A DNA stretch of 64,000 bases, from positions 542 to 64,541 of the forward strand of contig JAFMIU010000011.1 of the NCBI GenBank assembly GCA_017853835.1, in the 5' to 3' direction. This stretch comes from Pirellulales bacterium. GTDB lineage: Bacteria > Planctomycetota > Planctomycetia > Pirellulales > UBA1268. Positions within the stretch are counted from its first letter, which is position 1. Each line of letters starts with the position of its first letter. Both the position numbers and the translations under genes were made by a program. This document shows, in pieces, positions 47,277 to 56,078 of this stretch. The notes under the pieces are model-generated. The model did not search any database. It saw nothing but the letters and a program-made list of their open reading frames with translations, and was not told the origin of the DNA.

Positions 47277-48887
47277 ATGTACAAACTCCTTCTCTGCTGG
47301 CGGTATCTCCGCACCCGGTGGATTGCGTTGGCGAGCGTCGTCAGCGTGACACTCGGCGTGGCGACCATGATCGTCGTCAATGCCGTGATGGCCGGCTTCT
47401 CCCACGAGATGCAGACGCGGATCCACGGGATCCTGTCCGACCTCGTGTTCGAGAGCCATTCGCTCTCAGGATTTCAGGATCCGCAGTGGCACATGGAGGA
47501 GATGCGTCGGGCAGCCGGTGACGACATCGTCGGCATGACCCCCACGGTGGCCGTGCCCGCCATGCTCAACTTCCAGGTTCGCGGCCAGTGGGTCACACGG
47601 CAGATCATGTTCATCGGCATCGACGAGGCCACGCACGCGCAGGTGAGCGACTTCGGCCGATACCTCCAGCATCCTGCGAACCGCACGCAGTTGTCGTTTG
47701 ATCTGCGAGACGGCGGCTACGACACGGTCGACAGCCAGTCGGAATCGGCGGCGCCCACGCGTCCCGCGCTCGAGGGCGCCGGGTGGTCACATCGCCGCAT
47801 GCGGATCGAGCGGGAACGCGTGTGGAGGGAGCGGCTCGAAGCCGAGCGGACGCCGACAGAGGCCGCGGAGCCTGCGGTCGGCCCCACCCGTTCGGTCGAC
47901 CAGCAGGTGGATGCCGTGCTGGCGGCGACCACGGAGGCTCCGGTCGAAGCGGCGCAGCCCACGCCCAGACGAGCCGATCCCTTTCAGCAGGCCCGTCCGG
48001 AGGAAGGCGTCCGCATGGATCCGGCCAACGAACAGTTCACCGGAGTGGTTCCCGGGATCGGCCTCGCGAGCTTCCGAGACAGCTCCGGCATCGATCGGTT
48101 TCTCGTGCTTCCGGGCGATGACGTGAAGGTCACTTTTCCAACCTCGGGCACGCCCCCCAAGGCGGTCAGCGACACGTTCACGATCGTCGACTTCTACGAG
48201 AGCAAGATGAGCGAATACGACTCCAACTTCGTGTTCGTGCCGATCACCGCCCTCCAGCGGATGCGGGGCATGATCGACCCGCAGACGGGCATCGGCAGCG
48301 TCAACTCGATCCAGATCAAGCTCCGTGACGGGGCCGATCTCGAGGTGGTCCGGGACAAGCTCCGGAAGGTGTTTCCGGCCGACCTCTATGCAGTGGCCAC
48401 CTGGCGCGACAAGCAGGGGCCGCTGCTTGCGGCGGTCGACATGGAGATGTCGGTGTTGAACATCCTCCTGTTTCTCATCATCGCCGTCGCCGGCTTCGGC
48501 ATCCTGGCGATCTTCTTCATGATCGTGGTGGAAAAGACGCGAGACATCGGCATCCTCAAGGCGCTCGGGGCGAGTGCCGGTGGCATCGGCGGCATCTTCC
48601 TGGGGTATGGCCTGTTCCTGGGCATCGTCGGTGCCGGGGCCGGCCTGGCGCTCGGCCTGTCGATCGCCTGGAACATCAACACGATCCGAGCCGGCGTGGA
48701 GTGGTGCACCGGCGAGCGGGTGTTCGATCCCTCCATCTACTACTTCTATCGAATTCCGTCGATCGTCCATCCCTTGACCGTGCTGTGGATCATGGTCGGT
48801 GCCGTCGGCATCGCGGTGGGTTCGAGCGTGTTGCCGGCGCTTCGAGCCGCTCGACTCCACCCCGTGGAGGCACTCAGGCATGACTGA
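47277..48887 (+). CDS. lolE: lipoprotein-releasing system permease (LolC/E, FtsX-like) with an enlarged periplasmic region
   Basis: MYKLLLCWRYLRTRWIALASVVSVTLGVATMIVVNAVMAGF plus a C-terminal FtsX 3-TM module (RDIGILKALGAS). About 536 aa, versus roughly 415 as I recall for typical LolE. Confidence 0.8.
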   Translation: MYKLLLCWRYLRTRWIALASVVSVTLGVATMIVVNAVMAGFSHEMQTRIHGILSDLVFESHSLSGFQDPQWHMEEMRRAAGDDIVGMTPTVAVPAMLNFQVRGQWVTRQIMFIGIDEATHAQVSDFGRYLQHPANRTQLSFDLRDGGYDTVDSQSESAAPTRPALEGAGWSHRRMRIERERVWRERLEAERTPTEAAEPAVGPTRSVDQQVDAVLAATTEAPVEAAQPTPRRADPFQQARPEEGVRMDPANEQFTGVVPGIGLASFRDSSGIDRFLVLPGDDVKVTFPTSGTPPKAVSDTFTIVDFYESKMSEYDSNFVFVPITALQRMRGMIDPQTGIGSVNSIQIKLRDGADLEVVRDKLRKVFPADLYAVATWRDKQGPLLAAVDMEMSVLNILLFLIIAVAGFGILAIFFMIVVEKTRDIGILKALGASAGGIGGIFLGYGLFLGIVGAGAGLALGLSIAWNINTIRAGVEWCTGERVFDPSIYYFYRIPSIVHPLTVLWIMVGAVGIAVGSSVLPALRAARLHPVEALRHD

Positions 48888-49614
48888 ACCCCGTGTTCCA
48901 CTCGTCGGCGTACGCGACCTGCGAAAGCGGTATCGTTCCGGCGACACCACGCTGGAAGTGCTTCGGGGCGTCGACTTCGAACTCGCCCAGGGCGAGTTCG
49001 TTTCGATCGTCGGCCAGAGTGGCTCTGGCAAGAGCACGCTCCTTCACCTGATGGGGCTCCTCGACGCGGCCGACAGCGGTGAGATTCGTCTCGATGGCGT
49101 TCGCGTGGATGGGGTGTCGGCCTCGCGCCGCGACCGCCTGCGCAACACCGCCATCGGCATGGTGTTTCAGGCCTACCATCTGCTCCCGGAACTCGACGCA
49201 CTTGAAAACGTGCTCGCTCCGCTGCTCGTGCGTCACGGTATTTTCGAATGGATGAAGGTCCGTCGACCCATGCGGGATCGGGCGAGGGCCCTTCTCGATC
49301 GGTTCGGCCTCGGGGGCCGACTGCACCACAAGCCGCGGCAGTTGTCGGGAGGCGAGATGCAGCGAGTGGCCATCGCCCGGGCGCTCGTGACCAGGCCCAG
49401 GGTGCTGTTGGCCGACGAGCCGACCGGGAATCTCGACGAGTCGACGGGGGCTGAAATCCTCGACACGCTCTGCGAGTTGAACCGCGCCGACGGCCTTTCT
49501 ATAGTGCTCGTCACGCACGATGCGGCGGTGGCCAAACGGGCCGACCGGATCGTGCGGCTGGCAGCCGGCCGCGTCGACGACGCCTGCCACGCCTCGCCCC
49601 GGAAGGCCGGATGA
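48880..49614 (+). CDS. lolD: lipoprotein-releasing system ATP-binding protein
   Basis: Trimmed to ATG 48880 (8-nt overlap with lolE). Walker A GQSGSGKST, signature LSGGEMQRV, Walker B LLADEPTGNLD. Confidence 0.87.
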   Translation: MTEPRVPLVGVRDLRKRYRSGDTTLEVLRGVDFELAQGEFVSIVGQSGSGKSTLLHLMGLLDAADSGEIRLDGVRVDGVSASRRDRLRNTAIGMVFQAYHLLPELDALENVLAPLLVRHGIFEWMKVRRPMRDRARALLDRFGLGGRLHHKPRQLSGGEMQRVAIARALVTRPRVLLADEPTGNLDESTGAEILDTLCELNRADGLSIVLVTHDAAVAKRADRIVRLAAGRVDDACHASPRKAG

Positions 49615-49666
49615 CTCATTCGCCGGTACGTCTGCCGGCATTCGTTGCGATCGCCAGGAAGGGATC

Positions 49667-50524
49667 ATGCCGCGCATCATCTTCATGAACGACCGCCTAG
49701 TCCCCGAGGATCAGGCGAAGGTCAGCGTGTTCGACCACGGCCTCCTCTACGGAGACGGCGTGTTCGAAGGCCTTCGGAGCTATTCGGGGAAGGTGTTTCG
49801 CCTCGAGGCCCACATCGACCGACTCTATGCCAGCGCCAGGGCGATCTGCCTCGAGATCCCCCTCGCCAAGGAAGTCGTGTCGAAGGCGGTGAACGACACG
49901 CTCGCGGCCAACGGCCTCTCCGACGGCTACGTCCGTCTGGTGATCACCCGGGGGGCCGGCAGCCTCGGTCTCGACCCCAACAAGACGAGCCATCCGCAGG
50001 TGATCGTGATCGCCGACACCATCAGCCTGTACCCTCGGGAGTTCTACGAGAAGGGGCTCCGGATCGTCACGGCGTCGACCCAGCGCACCCAGTCGGCGGC
50101 GCTTTCGCCCCGCATCAAGTCGCTCAACTACCTCAACAACATCATGGCCAAGCTCGAGGGCCTGCGGGCCGGCTGTGTGGAAGCCCTGATGCTCAACCAC
50201 AAGGGTGAGGTGGCTGAATGCACGGGCGACAATGTGTTCGTCGTTCGCGACGGCCGGCTGCTGACGCCTCCGCCCGATGCGGGAATCCTCGAGGGCATCA
50301 CGCGGAATGCCGTGATGGAACTGGCGACGGCCGCCGGCATCGACTGCCGGGAGGTGACGCTCGTTCGGCATGATCTGTATACGGCCGACGAGTGCTTCCT
50401 CACCGGCACCGCAGCCGAGGTGATTCCGGTCGTCGACATCGACGGCCGCACGATCGGTTCCGGCATGCCTGGGCCCGTGACCCGTCGGCTCACCGATGCG
50501 TTTCATGAGCTCGTCCGTCGTTGA
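49667..50524 (+). CDS. ilvE: branched-chain amino acid aminotransferase (class IV)
   Basis: Trimmed to ATG 49667. VSVFDHGLLYGDGVFEGLR, KSLNYLNNI and ECTGDNVFVVRDGRLLTPP motifs. Confidence 0.88.
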   Translation: MPRIIFMNDRLVPEDQAKVSVFDHGLLYGDGVFEGLRSYSGKVFRLEAHIDRLYASARAICLEIPLAKEVVSKAVNDTLAANGLSDGYVRLVITRGAGSLGLDPNKTSHPQVIVIADTISLYPREFYEKGLRIVTASTQRTQSAALSPRIKSLNYLNNIMAKLEGLRAGCVEALMLNHKGEVAECTGDNVFVVRDGRLLTPPPDAGILEGITRNAVMELATAAGIDCREVTLVRHDLYTADECFLTGTAAEVIPVVDIDGRTIGSGMPGPVTRRLTDAFHELVRR

Positions 50525-50525
50525 A

Positions 50526-50957
50526 TCAGCGGACGGCTTCTTCGTCGCCGAGACTCTCGTACCGCGAGACGTAGTTGGGTTCTCGGGCACGCACAAGTTC
50601 CGCCTCGTATTCGGTGACGATGCGCCGCTGGATCATGTCGCGGCAGGAGGCGTTGATGGGATGGGCGATGTCGGCGTAGAGCCGCTGGCGGCCGTCGTCA
50701 TCGCGAAGCGTCTGGTTCGGGGGAAGCTGGCCCCCGCACTGGTTGCAAAACTGTGCCCGCAGCGGATTCTTGAAGCCGCATCCACGGCAGTGCGATGCGA
50801 GTTTGCGGCTTGGCATGGCGACGAAGGGCCCACTGGGTCCGCCGATCAGTTTGAGATCGCGCACCACGAATGCCGAATCGATCGTGATCGAGCAGAATGC
50901 GAGCAACCGCTCAGCGCTCCGCTCAACGAGCTTGATGCGAACTTCGGTGATTTCCAT
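50526..50957 (-). CDS. spoVG: SpoVG family protein with an inserted CxxC-x10-CxxC zinc-ribbon-like segment
   Basis: Trimmed to ATG 50957. [11 protein letters not shown]....[35 protein letters not shown]...DIAHPIN is the SpoVG core. About 40 extra residues ([22 protein letters not shown]...) lie between AMPS and DIAHPIN. Confidence 0.8.
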   Translation of the reverse strand: MEITEVRIKLVERSAERLLAFCSITIDSAFVVRDLKLIGGPSGPFVAMPSRKLASHCRGCGFKNPLRAQFCNQCGGQLPPNQTLRDDDGRQRLYADIAHPINASCRDMIQRRIVTEYEAELVRAREPNYVSRYESLGDEEAVR

Positions 50958-51057
50958 CGCTGCCCCCGAGGCACCATGATGGGGCACTCGCCGAACCATC
51001 CGCCAGCCCCCTCAGGGGGGGTGTTCTCGGCGCCGGCCATTGGGAACGCGCGCGTCG

Positions 51058-51987
51058 TCAGGGGTTTCTGCAGCAGGCCGCCACCACGGCGGCGCAGCAG
51101 TCGTCGCCGGCGTCGCGGCGCGAACTGAGCCGGGCGGCGATCGCCTCGGCCTCGGCGAGCGACGAGGTGAGGCAGAAGCATGCGCTTCCACTGCCGGTGA
51201 GCCGCGGTGCCGTACCGCCGGCGTCGGCGATGGCCGTGAGCAGGCGGTCAATCTGTGGGGAGAGGGCCCTTGCCGGAGGTTCCAGATCGTTGGTGAGCAG
51301 AGGCTCGGCGGCGGCAAGGCCGCCAGCCCGGAGCGCCTCGGCCAGACGTCGACTGCTGCCACGCCCTTCCTCACGAGGGATGCAGCGTCCGTAGACGGCT
51401 GCCGTGGAGAGCCCTGCAGCCGGACAGGCGATCACCGCCGAAAGATCAGGCAGCCCGTCGACCGGCTCGATCCGCTCCCCGCGACCGCTGGCGATCGCCG
51501 GACCCGCGGCGAAAAACCATGGGATGTCGCTGCCGATCGTGGCGCCGAGCGCGGCCAGTCGGTCGCGTGACCAATCGAGCTTCCAGAGGCGGGCCGCCGC
51601 CATGATCACGGCGGCCGCATCGCTCGATCCACCACCCAGTCCTGCCGCCGATGGGATGCGTTTGACGAGGGTCACCTGGAGCCCCGTGGTGATGCCAGCC
51701 TCGCCGGCGAGTTTCTCGGCCGCCCGAACCACGAGATTGCGGCCATCGGTGGGGATCTCCCGGGCGAGTGCCGCACCGGGACCGTTTACCAAGGGATCGT
51801 CGTAGGCGAGCGTGAGCGACACGCCCGGGGCGGGTGTTGGCGTCACATGGAGCGTGTCGGCGAGCGACACCGGCACCATGAGGCTTTCGATCTCATGAAA
51901 GCCATCGGCACGACGCGCCAATACCGCGAGCGACAGATTGAGCTTCGCCGGCGCCAGCACGGTCAGGCCGGCAGGAAGCGAGGTCAT
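51058..51987 (-). CDS. ispE: 4-diphosphocytidyl-2-C-methyl-D-erythritol kinase
   Basis: Trimmed to ATG 51987. APAKLNLSL.V..RR.DGFHEIES and the GHMP motif IPSAAGLGGGSSDAAAV. Confidence 0.87.
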   Translation of the reverse strand: MTSLPAGLTVLAPAKLNLSLAVLARRADGFHEIESLMVPVSLADTLHVTPTPAPGVSLTLAYDDPLVNGPGAALAREIPTDGRNLVVRAAEKLAGEAGITTGLQVTLVKRIPSAAGLGGGSSDAAAVIMAAARLWKLDWSRDRLAALGATIGSDIPWFFAAGPAIASGRGERIEPVDGLPDLSAVIACPAAGLSTAAVYGRCIPREEGRGSSRRLAEALRAGGLAAAEPLLTNDLEPPARALSPQIDRLLTAIADAGGTAPRLTGSGSACFCLTSSLAEAEAIAARLSSRRDAGDDCCAAVVAACCRNP

Positions 51988-52199
51988 CGCCACGAGGAGA
52001 CGAAAACGAGCGTCACGAGCGCCAGCACGAGGCCAATGGCCACGAGAGTGGCCAGCAGCACCGCGATGCTGCGACCAGCCCAGAGGTCTTCGTCGATCAT
52101 CTCGACCCGTTCGGCCTTGTCGAACGAGCCGTTCCACACCGGGAAAGCCTGCTGGTCATAGACCCACTGGGTGCGTTCTTCGTAGTTCGTGCCGGTCAT
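51984..52199 (-). CDS. small membrane protein (71 aa, C-terminal TM helix)
   Basis: ATGA stop/start overlap with ispE. Acidic N-terminal half, then IAVLLATLVAIGLVLALVTLVFV. No family recognised. Confidence 0.45.
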   Translation of the reverse strand: MTGTNYEERTQWVYDQQAFPVWNGSFDKAERVEMIDEDLWAGRSIAVLLATLVAIGLVLALVTLVFVSSWR

Positions 52200-52235
52200 G
52201 CTGGGAGTCGCCGTCCTGGAGATCGGCTGCGGGAT

Positions 52236-53387
52236 ATGATGGCGTGTCCGTCAGAAATGTACCCCGCGATCCCGGCACCTGCCAGTGCCGTCCACGTCCT
52301 CCCGATGGCCGAGCACATCCCTTCCGCCGTGGCCCTGCCGCACATCCTGGATCCCGCCAGCGATCTGGACGCATGGCTGGCCTCGCGGGGCCAGCCAGCC
52401 TGGCGTGGTCGGGCCATCCAGCGATGGCTCCATGGACGTCGGGCCATGACGTTTGCCGACATGACCGACCTTCCGCGAGACCTGCGAGAGTCGCTCGAGG
52501 CCGAGTTTCGCATCTGGACGACGACGGTGGCGGTCCACAAAAAGGCCGACGACGGGACGGAGAAACTCCTGCTCGAACTGGCCGACGGCCAGCGGATCGA
52601 ATGCGTGCTGCTGAGGGATGGCGAACGGCGAACGGTCTGCATCAGCTCGCAGGTCGGCTGCGCGATGGGGTGTGTTTTTTGCGCCAGCGGCATCGACGGC
52701 GTCGTGCGAAACCTCACCACCGGCGAGATCACCGAGCAGCTGCAACGACTGGCACGGCTTCTTCCGGCGGAGGAACGGCTCAGCCATATCGTGGTGATGG
52801 GGATGGGCGAGCCGCTGGCTAATCTCGACCGGTTGTTGCCGGCGCTGGCGATGGCCCAGGATCCCCAGGGGCTTGGCATCTCCCAGCGGCGCATCACCAT
52901 CTCCACGGTCGGACTTCCTCCGGCGATCGATCGGCTCGCTCAGGCCGACACCGGGTACCACCTTGCCGTGAGCCTGCACGCGGCCGATGACGCCCTTCGC
53001 ACCAGGCTCGTTCCGGTGAACAAGGCGATCGGACTGGCCGACGTGATGGCGGCGGCCGATCGCTACTGGGAAGCGTCGGGGCGGCGGCTGACGTTTGAAT
53101 ACGTCCTCCTTGGCGGCGTGAACGATGCCCCCGACCAGGCCGCCGATCTGGCGAGGCTGCTGGGGGGACGGGCCGCCCTGGTCAACATCATCCCCTACAA
53201 CGCCGTGGCGGGCATGCCGTGGAAGGAACCGACCGCGAGCAGCCGCGAACGATTCCTCGACGTGCTCCGCGATGCCGGCATCAACGTGCAGGTGCGTCGG
53301 CGCAAGGGGGCGGGAATCGAGGCAGCCTGCGGCCAGCTGCGGCGGGTTGCGGCGGGATCGGCTGCCGGTTCGCTGCCGGTCCTGTGA
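52236..53387 (+). CDS. rlmN: 23S rRNA / tRNA (adenine-C2)-methyltransferase, radical SAM
   Basis: CISSQVGCAMGCVFCASG (CxxxCxxC), VMGMGEPLAN, and ACGQL near the C-terminus. Exact start uncertain. Confidence 0.9.
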   Translation: MMACPSEMYPAIPAPASAVHVLPMAEHIPSAVALPHILDPASDLDAWLASRGQPAWRGRAIQRWLHGRRAMTFADMTDLPRDLRESLEAEFRIWTTTVAVHKKADDGTEKLLLELADGQRIECVLLRDGERRTVCISSQVGCAMGCVFCASGIDGVVRNLTTGEITEQLQRLARLLPAEERLSHIVVMGMGEPLANLDRLLPALAMAQDPQGLGISQRRITISTVGLPPAIDRLAQADTGYHLAVSLHAADDALRTRLVPVNKAIGLADVMAAADRYWEASGRRLTFEYVLLGGVNDAPDQAADLARLLGGRAALVNIIPYNAVAGMPWKEPTASSRERFLDVLRDAGINVQVRRRKGAGIEAACGQLRRVAAGSAAGSLPVL

Positions 53388-53406
53388 CGCCGCAACGCGT
53401 GACGGG

Positions 53407-53643
53407 TCAGGCAAGCCAGCCCAGCAGCCATACGGCGACCAGAACGCCGCCGAGGATTCCGCACAGCCAGCCGACCCACTGCAGGGCGGCGCGACGAATC
53501 GCCTCGCGATCCTCGTGATGGGTCACGGCAAACACGATCGCGGCCACGAGGATGAGGGGAAGGCCGAAGGCCAGACCGGGCACGCGGTCAATCGCCGCCG
53601 CCACCGGCAGCGTGAGGATCGAGGGCATCATCGAGGGCATCAT
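53407..53643 (-). CDS. small membrane protein (78 aa, 2-3 TM helices)
   Basis: Hydrophobic segments. 4-nt ATGA overlap with the upstream membrane-protein gene. No family recognised. Confidence 0.45.
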   Translation of the reverse strand: MMPSMMPSILTLPVAAAIDRVPGLAFGLPLILVAAIVFAVTHHEDREAIRRAALQWVGWLCGILGGVLVAVWLLGWLA

Positions 53644-54323
53644 GACGCCTCCTCGTCGCGAGCATCAGGCGCCGGATGCATCGGCCCAGCCCAGGCGTCA
53701 TAGACCGACAGGATGTTGAGCATGCCCGCAAGCATGGTGTAGAGCGTGCCGATTTCGAAGAAGCGACCAAGCTGCTTGTGCCACAGGGAAAGCTGATCGG
53801 CGGGACGGGTGTCGAGGCTTCCCGGCGGCGGAAAGGGACGGAACTGCCGCCACGGAGGGGACGGCCTGAAGTCGTCGGCGTCGAGACCGGAACCATCGTG
53901 GATGAGTGCCTCGGCATACGCGGGCGACACCGGCTGCCCACGGGAAAGAGGCGGAGCCATGAAGCTGCTGCAGGCGAGCGGCTGACGGCCCGATCCTTCG
54001 AGCTGCCACGACTGGATCATGGCGGGAATGGCCGCCGCGCCGATGCCGGCCTGGCAGATGAAGGCCCACCGCTTTTCACCAGGCTTCCACGATGCATACA
54101 CGACGCGGCCACCACCCAGCCACATGCCGGCGAGAAACGTCGTCACGAGGGTGGCCATCACGAGCACGCCTTTGAACGTGCGGCCCTGATAGATCTGGCC
54201 CAAGCCGGGAACCAGCCACGAAAGGATTGCCGCGAGGAGCGGATTCTTCAGATCGATCGCCGAGCCGTCATCGGGCGAAACGGCGACGAGGCGACCCTGA
54301 TTCGGCGGTTCCAGTTTTCCCAA
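53640..54323 (-). CDS. membrane protein of unknown function
   Basis: 227 aa. LAAILSWLVPGLGQIYQGRTFKG followed by further TM helices. The motif recurs in uncharacterised planctomycete membrane proteins as far as I recall. Confidence 0.55.
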   Translation of the reverse strand: MGKLEPPNQGRLVAVSPDDGSAIDLKNPLLAAILSWLVPGLGQIYQGRTFKGVLVMATLVTTFLAGMWLGGGRVVYASWKPGEKRWAFICQAGIGAAAIPAMIQSWQLEGSGRQPLACSSFMAPPLSRGQPVSPAYAEALIHDGSGLDADDFRPSPPWRQFRPFPPPGSLDTRPADQLSLWHKQLGRFFEIGTLYTMLAGMLNILSVYDAWAGPMHPAPDARDEEAS

Positions 54324-54396
54324 CGTGCGACTCCTACCGGTCCATCGATACGTCGACCGGCGGGGGATTGTAAACGATCCAGCGTCGGCCGGGTGG

Positions 54397-55284
54397 TCAG
54401 CCCCAGAGCCGACGGACCGCCTTTACCGTGGGGTGTGGGGCCGCTTCGGCGTGCCACTGGGGAGTCCGGTCACCGGCGTCGGCGACGCCGGCAGGCACCA
54501 GTTCTCGCCACGCCCGCTCCACGGTGGCGGCATCGACCTGATCCAGGCCTTCGCCCGCGGCGGCCACCGTGGCCAGTCGTGCGAGCCGACAGGTTAATCG
54601 GGGAACGCCAGCCGAAAAGCGGGCGATCGTGCCAATGGCCGCCTCTGAAAACGCGTCGGTGATCGCATCGGCCTGCCGCAGCGCAAATGCCAGGTAGTCG
54701 GCCACGTCGGACTCCGACCACGAGGGCAGGTCGATTCTCACGGCGGCCCGATGCCGCACGGCATCGGGAACCCGGGCGAGACCGCCGGGTGTCGCCGTGG
54801 CGATCACGATCGTCGAGGCAAACCGCGGCTCGCCGGCAGCGACGAGGCGTGCCATACCCTCGAGCGCGTCACTCGGCCCATAGTCGACATCATCGAAGAC
54901 CAGTACCGTCGGGCGTTCCATCAGCGTGTTTTCGCGAAGTCGGTTTTCGAGCTTGAGCCATGGGCTCAGCGGCTCGGCACGGCTTGCGGCATCGAGCGAG
55001 AGCCGACCGAGGAGCAGGTGAATCCACTCGCCTTCGGGGAGCCCCCGCAGCGACAGCACGGCGGTTTCCGCCCCCAGGCCGCCCAGCCGTCGGGCGGCCA
55101 CGGCGGCGAGATGGCTCTTCCCGAGTCCGGATTCGGCCACCACGAGCCCGCACCGTTCGCGCTCGGCCAGCAGCCATTCGAGGCGGGCGAGCGCCTCTTC
55201 GCGTGAGGGGCCGGCGTGAAACCCTGCCGGATTGATGGTGCCGGTGAAGGCAGTGGCGGCGAGCTGCAGTCGGTTGCGTACCAT
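54397..55284 (-). CDS. ExeA-like AAA ATPase
   Basis: Walker A ESGLGKSHL, Walker B VLVFDDVD. Size and layout resemble ExeA/GspA-type ATPases. No peptidoglycan-binding domain. Confidence 0.6.
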   Translation of the reverse strand: MVRNRLQLAATAFTGTINPAGFHAGPSREEALARLEWLLAERERCGLVVAESGLGKSHLAAVAARRLGGLGAETAVLSLRGLPEGEWIHLLLGRLSLDAASRAEPLSPWLKLENRLRENTLMERPTVLVFDDVDYGPSDALEGMARLVAAGEPRFASTIVIATATPGGLARVPDAVRHRAAVRIDLPSWSESDVADYLAFALRQADAITDAFSEAAIGTIARFSAGVPRLTCRLARLATVAAAGEGLDQVDAATVERAWRELVPAGVADAGDRTPQWHAEAAPHPTVKAVRRLWG

Positions 55285-55367
55285 GGGCGGGAGTGTAGCG
55301 ACGGCCTGTCGGCGGGTCAGGATCGACTTCGCCGGTTTTTTCTCATCGGAACGACTGGCTCCATGTC

Positions 55368-56060
55368 ATGAGTGAGCGTTTTTTTCTGTCGTCACCACCC
55401 CGCGACGGGCATGCCGTGCTCGACGGCCAGGAGGCGAGGCACCTCACCCGGGTCATGCGGTGCCGCGTTGGCGACGAGGTCGTGGTGTTCGACGGCGGCG
55501 GTTCCGCATGGCCGGCGCGGGTGGCTCGGATCGGCCGCGACGACGTGGCGCTCGAGGTTGGTGAGCCCGTGCACGATCCCGAAAGGAGCAGGGGCCGGGT
55601 CACTCTGGCTGTCGCCTTGCCGAAGGGCGATCGGCAGAAGTGGCTCGTTGAAAAGCTCACGGAACTCGGGGTCGATTCCCTCGTGCCCCTGACGACTACT
55701 CGCGGAGTCGCCGAGGCCACTCCCGCCGCCATCGAGCGGCTCGAACGAAGCGTCATCGAGGCCTGCAAACAATGCGGCCGCAATACCCTGATGCGAATCG
55801 AGAGCCCTCGCGGCCTCGACGATGTCCTCGCCCATTGCGGCGTCGACACGATGTCCTTTCTGGCGGATGGCTCGGGAGACCCATTCGACCATTCCCTCGT
55901 GGCCGGCCGGCCAGCGGTGGTGCTCGTGGGTCCGGAGGGGGGCTTCACTCCCGAGGAGCGTGCTGCCGCCGAGGCTTTGGGCGCGACGCGTCTTTCGCTT
56001 GGGCCATACATCCTGCGCGTGGAGACGGCCGCGATCGCCGCCGCCGCCCGATTCGCATAA
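55368..56060 (+). CDS. rsmE: 16S rRNA (uracil1498-N3)-methyltransferase
   Basis: RFFL......L.G.EARHL..VMR...GDEV.VFDG and the C-terminal LVGPEGGFTPEE......LGPYILRVETAA motif. Confidence 0.8.
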   Translation: MSERFFLSSPPRDGHAVLDGQEARHLTRVMRCRVGDEVVVFDGGGSAWPARVARIGRDDVALEVGEPVHDPERSRGRVTLAVALPKGDRQKWLVEKLTELGVDSLVPLTTTRGVAEATPAAIERLERSVIEACKQCGRNTLMRIESPRGLDDVLAHCGVDTMSFLADGSGDPFDHSLVAGRPAVVLVGPEGGFTPEERAAAEALGATRLSLGPYILRVETAAIAAAARFA

Positions 56061-56078
56061 GCAGGGCCTGAATCCGAG

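Noticed and set aside
33283-49037. Series of long antisense or out-of-frame ORFs (33283..34371, 34292..35929, 37100..38071, 37903..39327, 40087..41322, 41243..42475, 43517..44524, 46123..47187, 47787..49037)
   Set aside because: Each lies opposite or out of frame to a gene with clear family motifs (GH-like, PQQ propeller, rfbABD, TatD-like, hemB, S8 protease, lysS, lolE). All have Arg/Gly/Asp/His-rich, motif-free products.
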